Shown here piece by piece: positions 27,879 to 38,436 of a stretch of 64,000 nucleotides of DNA. A model generated the notes under the pieces. That model worked only from the letters and a program-made list of their open reading frames with translations. It was not told the origin of the DNA and made no database searches. This DNA comes from Bryobacterales bacterium (lineage in GTDB: Bacteria; Acidobacteriota; Terriglobia; Bryobacterales; UBA6623). The translations under genes and the position numbers were made by a program. How positions within the stretch are numbered: the stretch's first letter is position 1; every line of letters begins with the position of its first letter. The DNA lies in assembly GCA_965207035.1 (NCBI GenBank), contig OZ242259.1, positions 2,105,454 through 2,169,453 of the forward strand, given 5' to 3'.

Positions 27879-28454
27879 TCAGGGTGCGCTTGGACCGGTC
27901 TGGGTGGAGGTCTGGCGGGGAGCGCGCAGACGTAGCAAGTCGTTCCAGTCCTTGGCGCCGAGAGGGCGCAGGCGTTGCAGGAGGGGATGCTGGCGGAGCA
28001 GGTCGCGGGCGGCCTGGTCGCCTGCGGGATCGGCGTCGTAGGCACACAGCAGCGGAACGTGTTGGAAGGCATCGAGCCAGTGGGGCAGACGGTGAGCGGC
28101 GCCGGCGGTAGAAGCGACGAGGCAGTCGGTTGGCAGGGCGGGGGCGGGCAGCAGGACGGCGGAGAGGGCATCGACGGCACTCTCGGTGAGCACGACGGCG
28201 GCGGGCGGGGCGGATCCGGTGGTCAGCCAGAAGCCGCCACGGTCCCGGCGGGAGCCGGGGGCCAGGCCCTTGAAGGCGACGGAGCCGGGAAGCGGGCAGG
28301 TGCCGACGAGTTCGGCACCGGTGGGGTTGCCGGAGCGGTCGCGGCAGGTGAAGACGGCATTGCGGCGGCGGTCGGTGTAGAGCGTAGCGGCGTGGAGGCA
28401 GTGGTCCAGCAGGGCGGGGTCGAGGCCGCGGGTCCGCACCAGGTAATCGCGCAC
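27879..28454 (-). CDS. DUF3991 plus Toprim domain fragment (C-terminal part of a conjugative primase-like protein)
   Basis: It has YL..RGLDPALL...LYTDRRRNAVF...GAELVGT. The Toprim motifs are VVLTESAVDALS and LLCAYDADPAGD. The start is GTG. Confidence 0.7.
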   Translation of the reverse strand: MRDYLVRTRGLDPALLDHCLHAATLYTDRRRNAVFTCRDRSGNPTGAELVGTCPLPGSVAFKGLAPGSRRDRGGFWLTTGSAPPAAVVLTESAVDALSAVLLPAPALPTDCLVASTAGAAHRLPHWLDAFQHVPLLCAYDADPAGDQAARDLLRQHPLLQRLRPLGAKDWNDLLRLRAPRQTSTQTGPSAP

Positions 28455-28534
28455 GGGGGTGTTGAATCCCTATCTATTTCGGCAGTAGGAGGGGGTTTTT
28501 TCTCGTATTAGTTTGACGCTGAAATGCTTGGAAA

Positions 28535-28891
28535 TCAGTTGTAGAGCGGAAATCCGAGAGGGGCGTTGATGGGGCAGTGAGGCAGGCGCAGGAGGAGCAG
28601 CGGGACCGGTTGTTCGGCGAGGAAGGCGACCGCCTCGCGGAACCCGCAGCGGCGGGCGTGCATGACCAGGTCGATCGCGCCGCCGCCGCCGTGGCCGCAG
28701 GCGTGGTCGAAGAACTGGGTCCCGCGGATGCTGAGCACCGCGCCGTGCCGCCGCCAGCGCTGGCGATGGCGCGGGTCGCGCCGGTAGCCGAGCCGCTCGC
28801 CGAGCGGCTCGAGGGGGCAGTCGCGGACGCGGTCGGCGTGTTCGCGCAGGCGGCGCCAGGAACTCTGCGATCGTGCTTCCGCTAATACCAT
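28535..28891 (-). CDS. N-terminal fragment of the same primase-like protein
   Basis: It reads ...LGYRRDPRHRQRWRRHGAVLSIRGTQFFDHACGHGGGGAIDLVMHARRCGFREAVAFL. It is in a different frame from the downstream fragment and separated from it by ~80 nt of AT-rich sequence. Confidence 0.55.
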   Translation of the reverse strand: MVLAEARSQSSWRRLREHADRVRDCPLEPLGERLGYRRDPRHRQRWRRHGAVLSIRGTQFFDHACGHGGGGAIDLVMHARRCGFREAVAFLAEQPVPLLLLRLPHCPINAPLGFPLYN

Positions 28892-29147
28892 GCAGCCCGG
28901 ACTCCCCGGCCCGCGTTCCAAGCCGCCCCAATTGTCCAACACGGCCTCCCTACGGCGCACACACGCCCTCCGGTTCCACACGACGCCAGTCAAGAACCCA
29001 TTCTGAGAATTGCTGGGCCAGAGGGTCGAACATTGGTCTCGCGGGGTCTCCGCTGAGATACTAAAGATGCGCTCGGAACGGACTGGTGCGGGTTGTCTCG
29101 CCTGTCGCTTGGCGAACGCCGGTGCCCGAAGCCGGCAGAGCCCATTG

Positions 29148-32100
29148 ATGACCCTCGTTCGCCAAGTTCTGCCGCTAGTCATCTGGATCGGCTCGCTCTC
29201 CGCTCAGACCAATGCCCACAAGGGGCGGATCATAGGTGTTGTTCTCGATCCCTCTGCTGCCTTCGTTGCCGAGGCGGACGTGACGCTAGTCAATGACACC
29301 ACAGGAGTGGTTCGCGAATTGCGCTCCAACAAGACCGGGCAATACCAGTCTTCTAGCATCGATCCCGGCTCCTACACCATTCGGGTCGAAACCGAGGGGT
29401 TCGCGCGCGCCTCCATCGAGGCCGTCTTGGTCAGTGTGGGCACTACCGTCCGCGCGGATGTCACGCTCCAGATCGAGGAGACGATGTCGGAGATCGACGT
29501 CGCGGCTGCGTTGATCGACCCCGCCCAATCGACTTCGGACAACGTCGTGAACAGCACTGCGATTCGAGACCTACCTATTAACGGTCGCCGCTTCCAAGAC
29601 TTCGCGTCACTCACGCCCACCGTACAAGTGGACCGGCAGCGCGGCCAGCTGTCATTCGTCGGCCAGCGAGGCATCAATTCGAACGTGATGGTTGATGGAA
29701 CCGACTACAACCAGCCGTTCTTCGGGGGCATACGGGGTGGAGAACGGTCCAACTACATCATCACCGTGCCCCAGAGTGCGATCCGGGAGTTCCAAGCAGT
29801 TGCCGCAGGCTACACCGCTGAATACGGGCGCTCGTCAGGCGGCATTCTGAACGTGATCACCAGAGGCGGGACCAACAAACTGCGAGCTGATGCCTTCCAC
29901 CAAGTCCGTGGCCGAAGCATGGGGGCCGAAGATCCCTTCGGGGCGAAAGTGCTCGAGACTCTCCGACAGTCGGGCGGTTCTGTGGGAGGCCCGTTCATCA
30001 GGAATCAGGCGTTTTTCTTTGTCGCCTTCGAGCACCAGTCTGCCGACACTCCCAGGCAAGTGGAGTTCCCGCGCCTTGCGAGGGCATCGCGGGAGGCGGG
30101 GCCGGAAGCGTTCGATCTCTACACGAGCTTGGAGGAACCCTTCGAATCCACGAACGACGCTTGGGCCTTCACTCCGAAAACGGACTTGCATCTCCGCGGA
30201 ACGCAGACCCTGACACTCCGGTACAACGCGTCCAGCGCCGCCGCGCTCAATACATCGACGACCGGCAATCCCCGGCAATCGCGCACTAACCGGGCTCTTA
30301 GCAACAACGGGACCGAGAAGGATCGGATTCACTACTTCACAGGGCAGCTCACAAGCCTCTGGCCGCCGACCGCGATCAACGAGCTGCGGGTCACGGCGAG
30401 CAGCGAGGAGCGTCCGCGCCTCAACAACGCCTCGATCCCGCTGATTCAGTCCACGCTCGGACGCTTCGGTGCCCGCAGCTTCCTTCCCACGACCCAGCAA
30501 GACTCCAGAGTCCAGGTAAACGACGCCGTCTCGGTGACTAGCGGATCCCACACTGTCAAGCTCGGATTAGACTACAGCCGGCTGACCGCCAGCCAGGACT
30601 TTGGTTTCCACCAGTTCGGCCGGTTCATCCTGTTCGGCTCCGATGCCGACCAGCACTTAGACTGCCTGTCTGCTGGAGGTCAAATCGCGAATCGGTTCGA
30701 CTGCGCCGGGATTTACTTGCGCCAGATCGGGAACCTCCACACTGCCATGCAACAGAGCCAGCTCGCGCTTTTTGCGCTCGACAGCTGGCGCATCTCTCAG
30801 CGGATCACTCTGAATTACGGCCTTCGGTGGGAAGCGCAGAACAACCCCGCCCCCCAAGCCACCAACAGCGACTTGGTTGAGCGCGTGCGAGACGCCGATC
30901 TACCATTCGGGCGCACGGATCCTACCGTGATCCCGGACGCCATCGACCAGATCATGCCGCGTTTCGGATTCGCCTACCGCCCTTTCTCCAAGTCGGACCG
31001 GACCGTCCTGCGGGGTAGCTTCGGGATTTACTACGCGGCGACTCCGCTACTGCTGCTGTCGGATCCCGTCAACAACTTCCGCGCAACGCCAGGGAACCTA
31101 TCCATCGCGCTTCCGACAACCGAAAGCACGGTCTACCGGCAGTTTCGCGCGTCGGGCATTGACCTGAATCAGATTCCGCTAGGCGAGATGCCTGTCTTCT
31201 CAGTAGAGCAAGTGCAGCGAGTCGCGGGTGGCGGAACGGATCCATTCGCCGGTGCCCAGCCCATCACGTTTGCCGACGACTACCGGAATCCGCGCTCAAT
31301 TGCGTTCACCGCTGGAATCGATCACGAAGTGACTCCGGACTTCGTCGTTGGCACTGTCTTCCAGCACGTCAACACCGCCCATCTGCATCGAAACAAGGAC
31401 TTCAACCTGCCGCTCCCGGCGGTGCGGGCCGAAGACCCGGCGATGATCCCATTCACCGACGGCCGCGCTCGTCCGATCTCCTCCCTCGGATCGGTCACCG
31501 TCCGCGAATCGTCCGCTCGGTCGCTGTACCGGGGCGTAACCATGTCGGCGAAGTACCGGCCAGGAAGTGCCCTGCAGTGGGAAGGCTTCTACACGTGGTC
31601 ACGAACGTATTCCGACGACGACAACGAGCGCAGCGCGACCGGTTTCGGCTACAACGACCCGTTCGCGCTCGGCAGCGATTACGGGCCGGCCAACCAGGAC
31701 ATTCGGCATCAATTCACATCGAACGCAGTGCTGAGGCTGCCGCTCGGGATGTCTTGGTCCGGGATCGCCCGCATCGCATCGGGACCACCCATCAACCCTG
31801 CCGCGGGAAGGGACCTGAACGGCGACCGCTCCAGCCAGGGGGATCGCGGCATGAGCGCCCCCGGCGTGTTCCTAGGCCGGAACAGCTTCCGCAATCGAGG
31901 CATGTGGAACTTCGACATGCGGGTGATGAAGAGCGTTCCCCTTACCGAGCGGGCGACCGTTCAGCTCTCCGCAGAGCTCTTCAATGCATTCAATCTGGAC
32001 AACGTCGAGCTCGCGGGATTCAACACGGTCTTCGGACCCGGCCTGGATCTGCGAACCGGGGAGGCCCTCGGCCCGCAGCCAAGCTTCATGCGCCTGAAGG

Positions 32101-32189
32101 ACGAGGACGGCGCGTACAACCGCGGTAACCGCCAAGTGCCGGGCATCAGCCCCTTCCAGCTTCAGCTCGGGGCGCGGTTCTTCTTCTAG
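29148..32189 (+). CDS. TonB-dependent-receptor-like outer membrane protein with a CarboxypepD_reg N-terminal domain
   Basis: The signal peptide is MTLVRQVLPLVIWIGSLSAQTNA. It has GRIIGVVLDPSAAFVAEADVTLVNDTTG...GSYTIRVETEGF and a plug-like DLPINGRRFQDF. It is ~1000 aa and ends in ...LGARFFF. Confidence 0.85.
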   Translation: MTLVRQVLPLVIWIGSLSAQTNAHKGRIIGVVLDPSAAFVAEADVTLVNDTTGVVRELRSNKTGQYQSSSIDPGSYTIRVETEGFARASIEAVLVSVGTTVRADVTLQIEETMSEIDVAAALIDPAQSTSDNVVNSTAIRDLPINGRRFQDFASLTPTVQVDRQRGQLSFVGQRGINSNVMVDGTDYNQPFFGGIRGGERSNYIITVPQSAIREFQAVAAGYTAEYGRSSGGILNVITRGGTNKLRADAFHQVRGRSMGAEDPFGAKVLETLRQSGGSVGGPFIRNQAFFFVAFEHQSADTPRQVEFPRLARASREAGPEAFDLYTSLEEPFESTNDAWAFTPKTDLHLRGTQTLTLRYNASSAAALNTSTTGNPRQSRTNRALSNNGTEKDRIHYFTGQLTSLWPPTAINELRVTASSEERPRLNNASIPLIQSTLGRFGARSFLPTTQQDSRVQVNDAVSVTSGSHTVKLGLDYSRLTASQDFGFHQFGRFILFGSDADQHLDCLSAGGQIANRFDCAGIYLRQIGNLHTAMQQSQLALFALDSWRISQRITLNYGLRWEAQNNPAPQATNSDLVERVRDADLPFGRTDPTVIPDAIDQIMPRFGFAYRPFSKSDRTVLRGSFGIYYAATPLLLLSDPVNNFRATPGNLSIALPTTESTVYRQFRASGIDLNQIPLGEMPVFSVEQVQRVAGGGTDPFAGAQPITFADDYRNPRSIAFTAGIDHEVTPDFVVGTVFQHVNTAHLHRNKDFNLPLPAVRAEDPAMIPFTDGRARPISSLGSVTVRESSARSLYRGVTMSAKYRPGSALQWEGFYTWSRTYSDDDNERSATGFGYNDPFALGSDYGPANQDIRHQFTSNAVLRLPLGMSWSGIARIASGPPINPAAGRDLNGDRSSQGDRGMSAPGVFLGRNSFRNRGMWNFDMRVMKSVPLTERATVQLSAELFNAFNLDNVELAGFNTVFGPGLDLRTGEALGPQPSFMRLKDEDGAYNRGNRQVPGISPFQLQLGARFFF

Positions 32190-32427
32190 CCCGTCCGCCA
32201 ATCTCGTCGTCCGATTCCCCCCTTGCATCGAGTTCCTCGGCAATCTGGTCCAACAGCGCTACTGTTTCCAGAACGTTGTTCATCGTGACTTCACCGACGC
32301 ACTTTCCAGTCCCGCACTCAACCACTGGGATCACGGATGTGGAAGCATTCGACATGATTATCAATGCGTCCTCGACAGGCACCTCGAGTGCGATACTGGG
32401 CGGGCCAGCGTCCTGCACCTGGGCCAA
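32146..32427 (-). CDS. Single CBS-domain fragment, possibly a remnant
   Basis: It has VEDALIIMSNASTSVIPVVECGTGKCVGEVTMNNVL. Only one CBS repeat is present, and the 3' end overlaps the convergent OMP gene by 44 nt. Confidence 0.3.
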   Translation of the reverse strand: MAQVQDAGPPSIALEVPVEDALIIMSNASTSVIPVVECGTGKCVGEVTMNNVLETVALLDQIAEELDARGESDDEIGGRARRRTAPRAEAGRG

Positions 32428-32463
32428 GGGTAAGCGAGCGGGCCGTGAGAGGAGGCTGTGGGA

Positions 32464-32725
32464 CTAGCGGTTGAGGATTTGCTTCCAGTCCGGGCAGAGG
32501 GGTTTGACGAAGACGTTCTTGACAGCCTGGTTGTACTCGTAACGCGTATCGAGCTTGCCTCGGCCCTGCGCCTGGCCCAGATGGATCCAATTGGCGGCGC
32601 GATAGCAGGTGCCGGCGAAGCGCGGCGTCTCGCAGAACGTTTCCAACAGCACCGGTCGCAGGCCGTAGCGTTGTTGCCAGTCGTCGGGGAGTTGACGTTG
32701 GAGGCAGGCCAGCAGGTGGGAGGCC
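32464..32725 (-). pseudogene. DUF4338 domain, C-terminal fragment only
   Basis: It reads LASHLLACLQRQLPDDWQQRYGLRPVLLETFCETPRFAGTCYRAANWIHLGQAQGRGKLD. The upstream part of the ORF is low-complexity non-homologous sequence. Confidence 0.55.
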
Positions 32726-32768
32726 AGCTGTCGAACGCACGGACGGGGTCGAGCACCTGCGGAGCGGG

Positions 32769-32985
32769 GTGCTGGAGTTGGATCTGCGCGGGGGGCAGCG
32801 GAACGGGGCGACGGTGCTGGTGATGCGCGATCCGCGGACGGGCAAGGAGTTCGACGGCGCGCTGGAAGCATCCGAGCGACAGTGCAGGATTGCGGAGGAT
32901 CGGGCGAGCGCCGAAGAGTACGAGTTGACCGGCGCCAAGGAGAAATTGCGGGATTTGAAGCAGCAACTCCGGGACCTTACGGGCC
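32769..32985 (+). pseudogene. Possible C-terminal fragment of a Uma2/DUF820-like protein
   Basis: VLELDLRGGQRNGATVLVMRDPRTGKEF...RIAEDRASAEEYELTGAKEKLRDLKQQLRDL resembles C-termini I recall from that family. The assignment is weak. Confidence 0.25.
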
Positions 32986-33485
32986 GAACCAGTCCGATGG
33001 GTCGGGACTCCCAGCGGCGAGTCTCCCTTGCTTGGCAGAGTCTTTCAGCGACCGGGCCGATTCGGGAATCAGCACCCGAACCCTAACGGCTCATGTTGCT
33101 GGCGTCCGATCCCGAACGGACACCTGGGGACCCGCAAGGTACTGGAACTTGGTGCGAGGCTGACGTTGGCGTCACATTTCGGTGGCTCAACACTGCCCTC
33201 GTCGGTCAGAGACCGGGCCTCGCAAGCTGTCCCACAGGAGACCGGCAAGCTTGTCCACGGACTCGTCCCCGAGAGTCATGCGCAAGGCGTTCGCGGCGAG
33301 CCAGGTGTCTGGAGCCCAGTCCCGGGTCCGGCACGCGCCAGTGAGCGAGTTCGCCGATTTGACGCTTCAAGAGCTCGGACGTGCAAGGACACGGTTCGCG
33401 GAGCCACAGAACACATGCCAGCCGGACGCAGGATGCCTACGGATGTACAATCCAAGCACTCCCGGACACCGGGCGGCGCATTACC

Positions 33486-35003
33486 ATGCCTGCAACTCCA
33501 TTGATTCAGAGACTTTTTTCGGCGGCGCTATGGGCGCTCACAGTATCCGTCGTGGCCGCTGCCCCGGCCACCCCGGAACGCCCCAATGTCCTGTTCATCT
33601 ACACAGATGACCACTCCCATCGCACCGTCGGGGCATATCCAGAGGCGTACCCGTGGGTGCGGACGCCCGCAATGGACCGACTGGCTTCGCAGGGCGTGCG
33701 ATTCGAGTATGCCTACATCGGCACGTGGTGCATGCCATCCCGGGCGACCTTGCTGACCGGATTCCACCAGTTCGGTGTCGAATCGATGCGGATGGTGGGG
33801 CAGTATCCGGGCAGCACCTACGATCCGGAAATCCTGCCGTTCTGGCCGAAGGTGTTTCGCGAGAACGGCTACTTCACCGCCCAGATCGGCAAATGGCACA
33901 CCGGCACGGACACGGGGTATGGGCGTGACTGGGACTTCCAGATCGTTTGGAATCGGCCGAAGTACACGACAACGAGCGGGAACTACTACTACGACCAACC
34001 CATCACTTACCAAGGTGGCGAGACCAAGACCCTGACGCACTATTCGAGCGACCAGTACACCGACTGGGCAGTGGACTTCATCAACGGCGAGGGCCGCGAC
34101 GAGAGCAAGCCCTGGTACCTGTGGCTCTGCTATGGCGCGGTCCACGGCCCGTTCACACCGGCCGATCGGCATCTGGACGCGTATTCTGGCATCGACTTCG
34201 ACACCCCCGCCGACATCTTCCCGCCACGACCAGGCAAACCCGACTGGGCCCAGAAGATCGCCTTCTGGGAGCCCGGAGCGGACGGCACTCCGACGTTCCG
34301 CGGTCGCTCACTGACCTCGTGGACACGGCAATACCACCAAGGAGTGCTGGCGCTGGACGAGGGGATCGATCGCTTGCTCAAGGCCCTCGAGGAGTCCGGC
34401 CAGCGCGAGAACACCCTGGTGATCTGGACCTCCGACCAGGGGTTTGCGTGGGGGCAGCACGGAATGAGGCAAAAGGTCGCGCCTTATGACGCCTCGATTC
34501 GCTCTCCGCTTGTGATTTCGATGCCGGGTCGGGTCCCGGAAGGCGAAGTCTGCCCACGCCCGGTGGGCGGAGTGGATCTAGTCCCAACAATTTTCGGTTT
34601 TGCCGGCCTCGACCTACCGTGGGAAATGCACGGCGAGAACCTGACCCCGCTCCTCGAAGACCCCCAGCGCGAATGGCCGCATCCCGTGCTGCTGACGGCT
34701 ACGGGACGAAAATACGGATCGGACACGGATACGATTCCCGAAGGGGACGAGGCCGTGCATTCCAACGTCCCGTGGTACGTGATGCTCGTCGATGGCCGCT
34801 ACAAGTACGTGCGGCCCCTAGTGCCGGACCTCGAGGAGCTCTACGACCTCAAGAACGATCCCGAAGAACTCGACAACCTAGCGATCAAGCCCGAGTTTCG
34901 AGGCACACTCGAGCGCTTGCGCGCCGCTGCGCTCGCCGAGCTCCGGGAAGACGGGGCCGGATTCGTCGACAACATGCCGCCGGTCCGATCGGCCCGGCAA
35001 TAG
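33486..35003 (+). CDS. Sulfatase (formylglycine-dependent arylsulfatase family)
   Basis: A signal peptide is followed by PNVLFIYTDDHS. The active-site signature is CMPSRATLLTG, and it also has WTSDQGF and GQHG. Confidence 0.9.
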   Translation: MPATPLIQRLFSAALWALTVSVVAAAPATPERPNVLFIYTDDHSHRTVGAYPEAYPWVRTPAMDRLASQGVRFEYAYIGTWCMPSRATLLTGFHQFGVESMRMVGQYPGSTYDPEILPFWPKVFRENGYFTAQIGKWHTGTDTGYGRDWDFQIVWNRPKYTTTSGNYYYDQPITYQGGETKTLTHYSSDQYTDWAVDFINGEGRDESKPWYLWLCYGAVHGPFTPADRHLDAYSGIDFDTPADIFPPRPGKPDWAQKIAFWEPGADGTPTFRGRSLTSWTRQYHQGVLALDEGIDRLLKALEESGQRENTLVIWTSDQGFAWGQHGMRQKVAPYDASIRSPLVISMPGRVPEGEVCPRPVGGVDLVPTIFGFAGLDLPWEMHGENLTPLLEDPQREWPHPVLLTATGRKYGSDTDTIPEGDEAVHSNVPWYVMLVDGRYKYVRPLVPDLEELYDLKNDPEELDNLAIKPEFRGTLERLRAAALAELREDGAGFVDNMPPVRSARQ

Positions 35004-35083
35004 CGGGTAGGCCGGCACTCGCTCGAATCTCTACGTTGGGCGAACCGACGACAGCGGAAACGCCCCTGATCTCGCGGTAGGCC

Positions 35084-35650
35084 TTATGGCTTGGGCGGGC
35101 TGATCATGACATGCGCACCGGCAGTGCCGGGGTACATCAGCCACGGACCCGGGCCGGGCTTCGCCGGAATTCCGGTCGACTCCGGGGTCGCATACGGCGT
35201 GTAGATCACCCAGCGCAGATACGGTTCCAGCACCTCGTCCTTAGCCACATCGTACGACTTGCCAGTCAACACGTACAGCATGCGCGCTTCACGCGGGATC
35301 TTGACGCGCCCCTCGTCGACGTCCTTCCAGCGGATTTGGTGGCGCTCCTTGCCCTTGTGGCCTTGTTCCGACAGCTCGCGCCCGCGAGCCATGAACGGTT
35401 CCAGGTCCTTGTGGTAACAGGCTACCGAGAAGTTCTTGTTGCGCGGATCGTCGGCGAGGCAGTTCAAGTCGTTGGAGCCTTTGCGAAGGACCACGACCGA
35501 TCCAGAGGAATCGTATCCCAATACAGTGGCTCCAGCGCGGAGCTCTTCCGGCGCGGCGTGCACACTGGAGGCAATCTGTTGAGGAGGTGGCGGCGCTTCC
35601 CCGAGGAGCGGGGACACGGCAAGCAGCAGGCAAGAGAAGGTCAGTCTCAT
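35084..35650 (-). CDS. Secreted hypothetical protein
   Basis: The start MRLTFSCLLLAVSPLLGEA at 35650 gives a signal peptide. The ORF has clean coding character, but I recognise no family. Confidence 0.65.
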   Translation of the reverse strand: MRLTFSCLLLAVSPLLGEAPPPPQQIASSVHAAPEELRAGATVLGYDSSGSVVVLRKGSNDLNCLADDPRNKNFSVACYHKDLEPFMARGRELSEQGHKGKERHQIRWKDVDEGRVKIPREARMLYVLTGKSYDVAKDEVLEPYLRWVIYTPYATPESTGIPAKPGPGPWLMYPGTAGAHVMISPPKP

Positions 35651-36322
35651 GGAGGCTCCCATCAAGTGGCGGGTCCTCGAAGCCCTTCTGCCCAAAACAG
35701 TGGCTTCGAACCCGACGCCTCAGTGTATCCCAGTGGCGCATTCCCGGCGGCCCCCGATCCATCAATTCGGCGCCGTCGAGTGCGAACGGACTCGAGTCGA
35801 ATCAGGTCTGCCGCCGCCTTTTCGCGAGACCGGGGCCGGCATCACCTGTGTCCTCATTCCAACCGCCAATGCCCGCATCCCTTCGCGGCTATCATGAGAT
35901 CTGGTTATTGACGGTGGAGAGTCACAGATGCGCGTAGTCCCTGTTGGTCTACGTAAGGAATCGGACAAACTGCCGCAAGGACTCGTACCGCTAGGTCGCG
36001 GTGCAGTTCATCGGACGCACCCGGATGCAGCAATCTGCTTGGCGGCGCTAGCAGAGACTGCGGAGCCTGCCTCAGGCGAGACCCCGCGTGCGCTCCCGGT
36101 GCAAGCGTCGACCGGGGAACTGGTGCCGGCCGATCGCGGTGCCAGCCATTCCCCGAATTCTCTGATCCATGAGCGGCAACCCGATTGGATGACGGACTGG
36201 CCAACGGGAATCACGGATTCCGGAGAAATCGAGCCCGAGGCTAACAAGAAGGCGGTGGATTCCATTCCGACAAACCGCGGGGACTCCGATTCCCCGTCCG
36301 CCAAACAGAGGCTGAAGTAACC

Positions 36323-38350
36323 ATGCACGAGGGTAGGTTGCTGATCGACCTGACGCTGCTCGTGGGCATGGCGATCCCCATCGTGGCGCTGGCACACCGC
36401 CTGTCGGCCCCGCCCCTGGTGGGTTTCCTGGTTGCAGGGGTTCTGATGGGCCCCAACGGGTTAGGGTTCATCGGTGCCACGGAGGAGGTGAAGGTCCTTT
36501 CCGAACTTGGTATCGCCTTGCTGCTGTTCGAGGTGGGACTGGAATTGTCGCTCTCGTACGTACGCCAATGGGCTCGCACGGTATTGGTCGGCGGGGGAAT
36601 GCAGGTAGGCGGCACACTCCTGTGCGTGGCGGGACTGGCAATTGCCTTCGGCATTCCGCCCGGCCAGTCCATCTTCTATGGCATCCTCGCCGCACTGTCG
36701 TCGACCGCCATCGTCAGCAAGACCTACGCCGACCGAGCCGAACTGGACTCGGTACAGGGGCGCTCCGTCATCTCCATACTGCTGTTCCAGGACCTGTGCG
36801 TGTTGCCGCTGATTCTCCTGCTGCCGATGCTGGCTGGCCTGGAGAGTGCCGACATGGGAGCGGTTGGCATGCAATTCGTACGCGGGCTTGTGATCATCAC
36901 CGCGCTGGTGATCGGCGGGCAATTCATCGTCCGGAAGACCTTGGACCGGATCGTGCTCTTCCGGGACCCTGAACTCTTCACCCTGTGCGTCGGTTTCTTC
37001 GGTATCGGGACGGCGGTAGTCAGCGCATGGGCGGGCTTTTCCCTCGCCATCGGAGCGTTTATCGCCGGCCTCGTCATCTCCGAGTCGGAATACGGATTGC
37101 AGGCGCTATCGGATGTACTGCCCTTTCGGGTTGTGTTCAGCGGAATCTTTTTCATCTCCACCGGCATGCTGCTCGACATTCCCGCCGTCGTGGCGCAACT
37201 CGATGTGCTCGTTCCCGTGCTGGCGGTGGTGCTTGGACTCAAGTTCATCCTGGTGACGGTGTCGGTCCGCGCGGCAGGCGGGATCCTGACAACCGCGCTG
37301 ATCAGCGGCCTCAGCCTCGCTCAGATCGGTGAGTTCTCCATCTTGCTCGCCGCGTTGGGGCTGCCGCTGGGACTCTTCCGCGAGGGCGACTACCAGGTGT
37401 TCCTCAGCGTCGCCGTCCTGTCGATGATGATCACGCCTTTTCTGATTCGTATCGCAGGATCTGTCGCCGAGCGCATCGCGTCGGCCGTCAGGGGAACTCA
37501 GGAGATTGTGTCCGAGGATGCCGACTCGCGCGACGAAATGTCCGACCACACGATCATCGTTGGCTACGGTGTTGCCGGCCGGTACCTTGCAAGGGTGCTC
37601 GATGCGGCGGAAATCCCCTGCATTGTCGTAGAACACGACGCAAATCTGGTCCGTAGGGCACGCGAAGACGGATTGCCGGTGACGTTTGGTAACGGGACAC
37701 AGCCCGCCGTCCTGAAACACGTCGGCGCGCGACGCGCCCGCATCATCGTCTTCGCAATATCCTCGCCAACGGAGGAGAGGCGCGGCGTCCATGTCGCTCG
37801 GGACCTGAATCCTACCGCCCAGATCGTCGTTCGCACGAGATACACCCGCTCCATCGACGAACTGATGTCGCTCGGTGCAACGGATGTGGTCGTGGAAGAG
37901 TTCGAGGTCTCCATTGAACTGTTCGCCAAGGCGCTCGAAAGCTACCGGATCCCGATCAACCGCATCTGGCAGGAATCCGCCGCGGTACGCAAGGAACACT
38001 ACGGGCTCTTTCGCGGCACAGCGGAGCCGGACCTGCGGCTCGACGCGCTGAAACACTTGGGGATTCATGACGCCCTGGAACTGGTGGAAATCGCGGACGG
38101 AGCCAACGTCATCGGAATGAGCGCGACATCGTTGCGGCTGCGGCGACACACTGGTGCCGTGCAGATCGCGGTGGTCAGGGACAGTCACCCCATGTACCGT
38201 CGCGAACCGGATTTCCACTACCAAGCCGGCGACACAGTCGTGTTGGTGGGCGACCGTGACAGCCTGGACCGGGCCATTGCCCTTTTCCGGGAACAGCGCA
38301 AGAGCGCATCCGCAGGGCCGCCGGATGTCGACGAGACGGCAACTCGGTGA
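36323..38350 (+). CDS. Monovalent cation:proton antiporter-2 (CPA2, KefB/KefC-like) with TrkA-N (RCK) and TrkA-C domains
   Basis: The Na_H exchanger membrane domain has PPLVGFLVAGVLMGPNGLG and SELGIALLLFEVGLE. The Rossmann motif is HTIIVGYGVAGRY, and the C-terminal RCK_C has VVLVGDRDSLDRA. Confidence 0.9.
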   Translation: MHEGRLLIDLTLLVGMAIPIVALAHRLSAPPLVGFLVAGVLMGPNGLGFIGATEEVKVLSELGIALLLFEVGLELSLSYVRQWARTVLVGGGMQVGGTLLCVAGLAIAFGIPPGQSIFYGILAALSSTAIVSKTYADRAELDSVQGRSVISILLFQDLCVLPLILLLPMLAGLESADMGAVGMQFVRGLVIITALVIGGQFIVRKTLDRIVLFRDPELFTLCVGFFGIGTAVVSAWAGFSLAIGAFIAGLVISESEYGLQALSDVLPFRVVFSGIFFISTGMLLDIPAVVAQLDVLVPVLAVVLGLKFILVTVSVRAAGGILTTALISGLSLAQIGEFSILLAALGLPLGLFREGDYQVFLSVAVLSMMITPFLIRIAGSVAERIASAVRGTQEIVSEDADSRDEMSDHTIIVGYGVAGRYLARVLDAAEIPCIVVEHDANLVRRAREDGLPVTFGNGTQPAVLKHVGARRARIIVFAISSPTEERRGVHVARDLNPTAQIVVRTRYTRSIDELMSLGATDVVVEEFEVSIELFAKALESYRIPINRIWQESAAVRKEHYGLFRGTAEPDLRLDALKHLGIHDALELVEIADGANVIGMSATSLRLRRHTGAVQIAVVRDSHPMYRREPDFHYQAGDTVVLVGDRDSLDRAIALFREQRKSASAGPPDVDETATR

Positions 38351-38436
38351 CGCCATCCCGGCCTACCCCGGGGCCGACATTGGTCCGCAGGGAGCGTGAA
38401 GCGTTGCATTCAAGGGCGCCCACTCCGAGCGGGGGA

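Noticed and set aside
35928-36320. A 130-aa plus-strand ORF ending 2 nt before the CPA2 start.
   Set aside because: The sequence looks disordered or low-complexity, with no SD and no motifs. It is possibly just the 5' leader of the antiporter gene.
37106-38356. A 416-aa minus-strand ORF.
   Set aside because: It is fully antisense to the CPA2 antiporter, which has unambiguous domain motifs.
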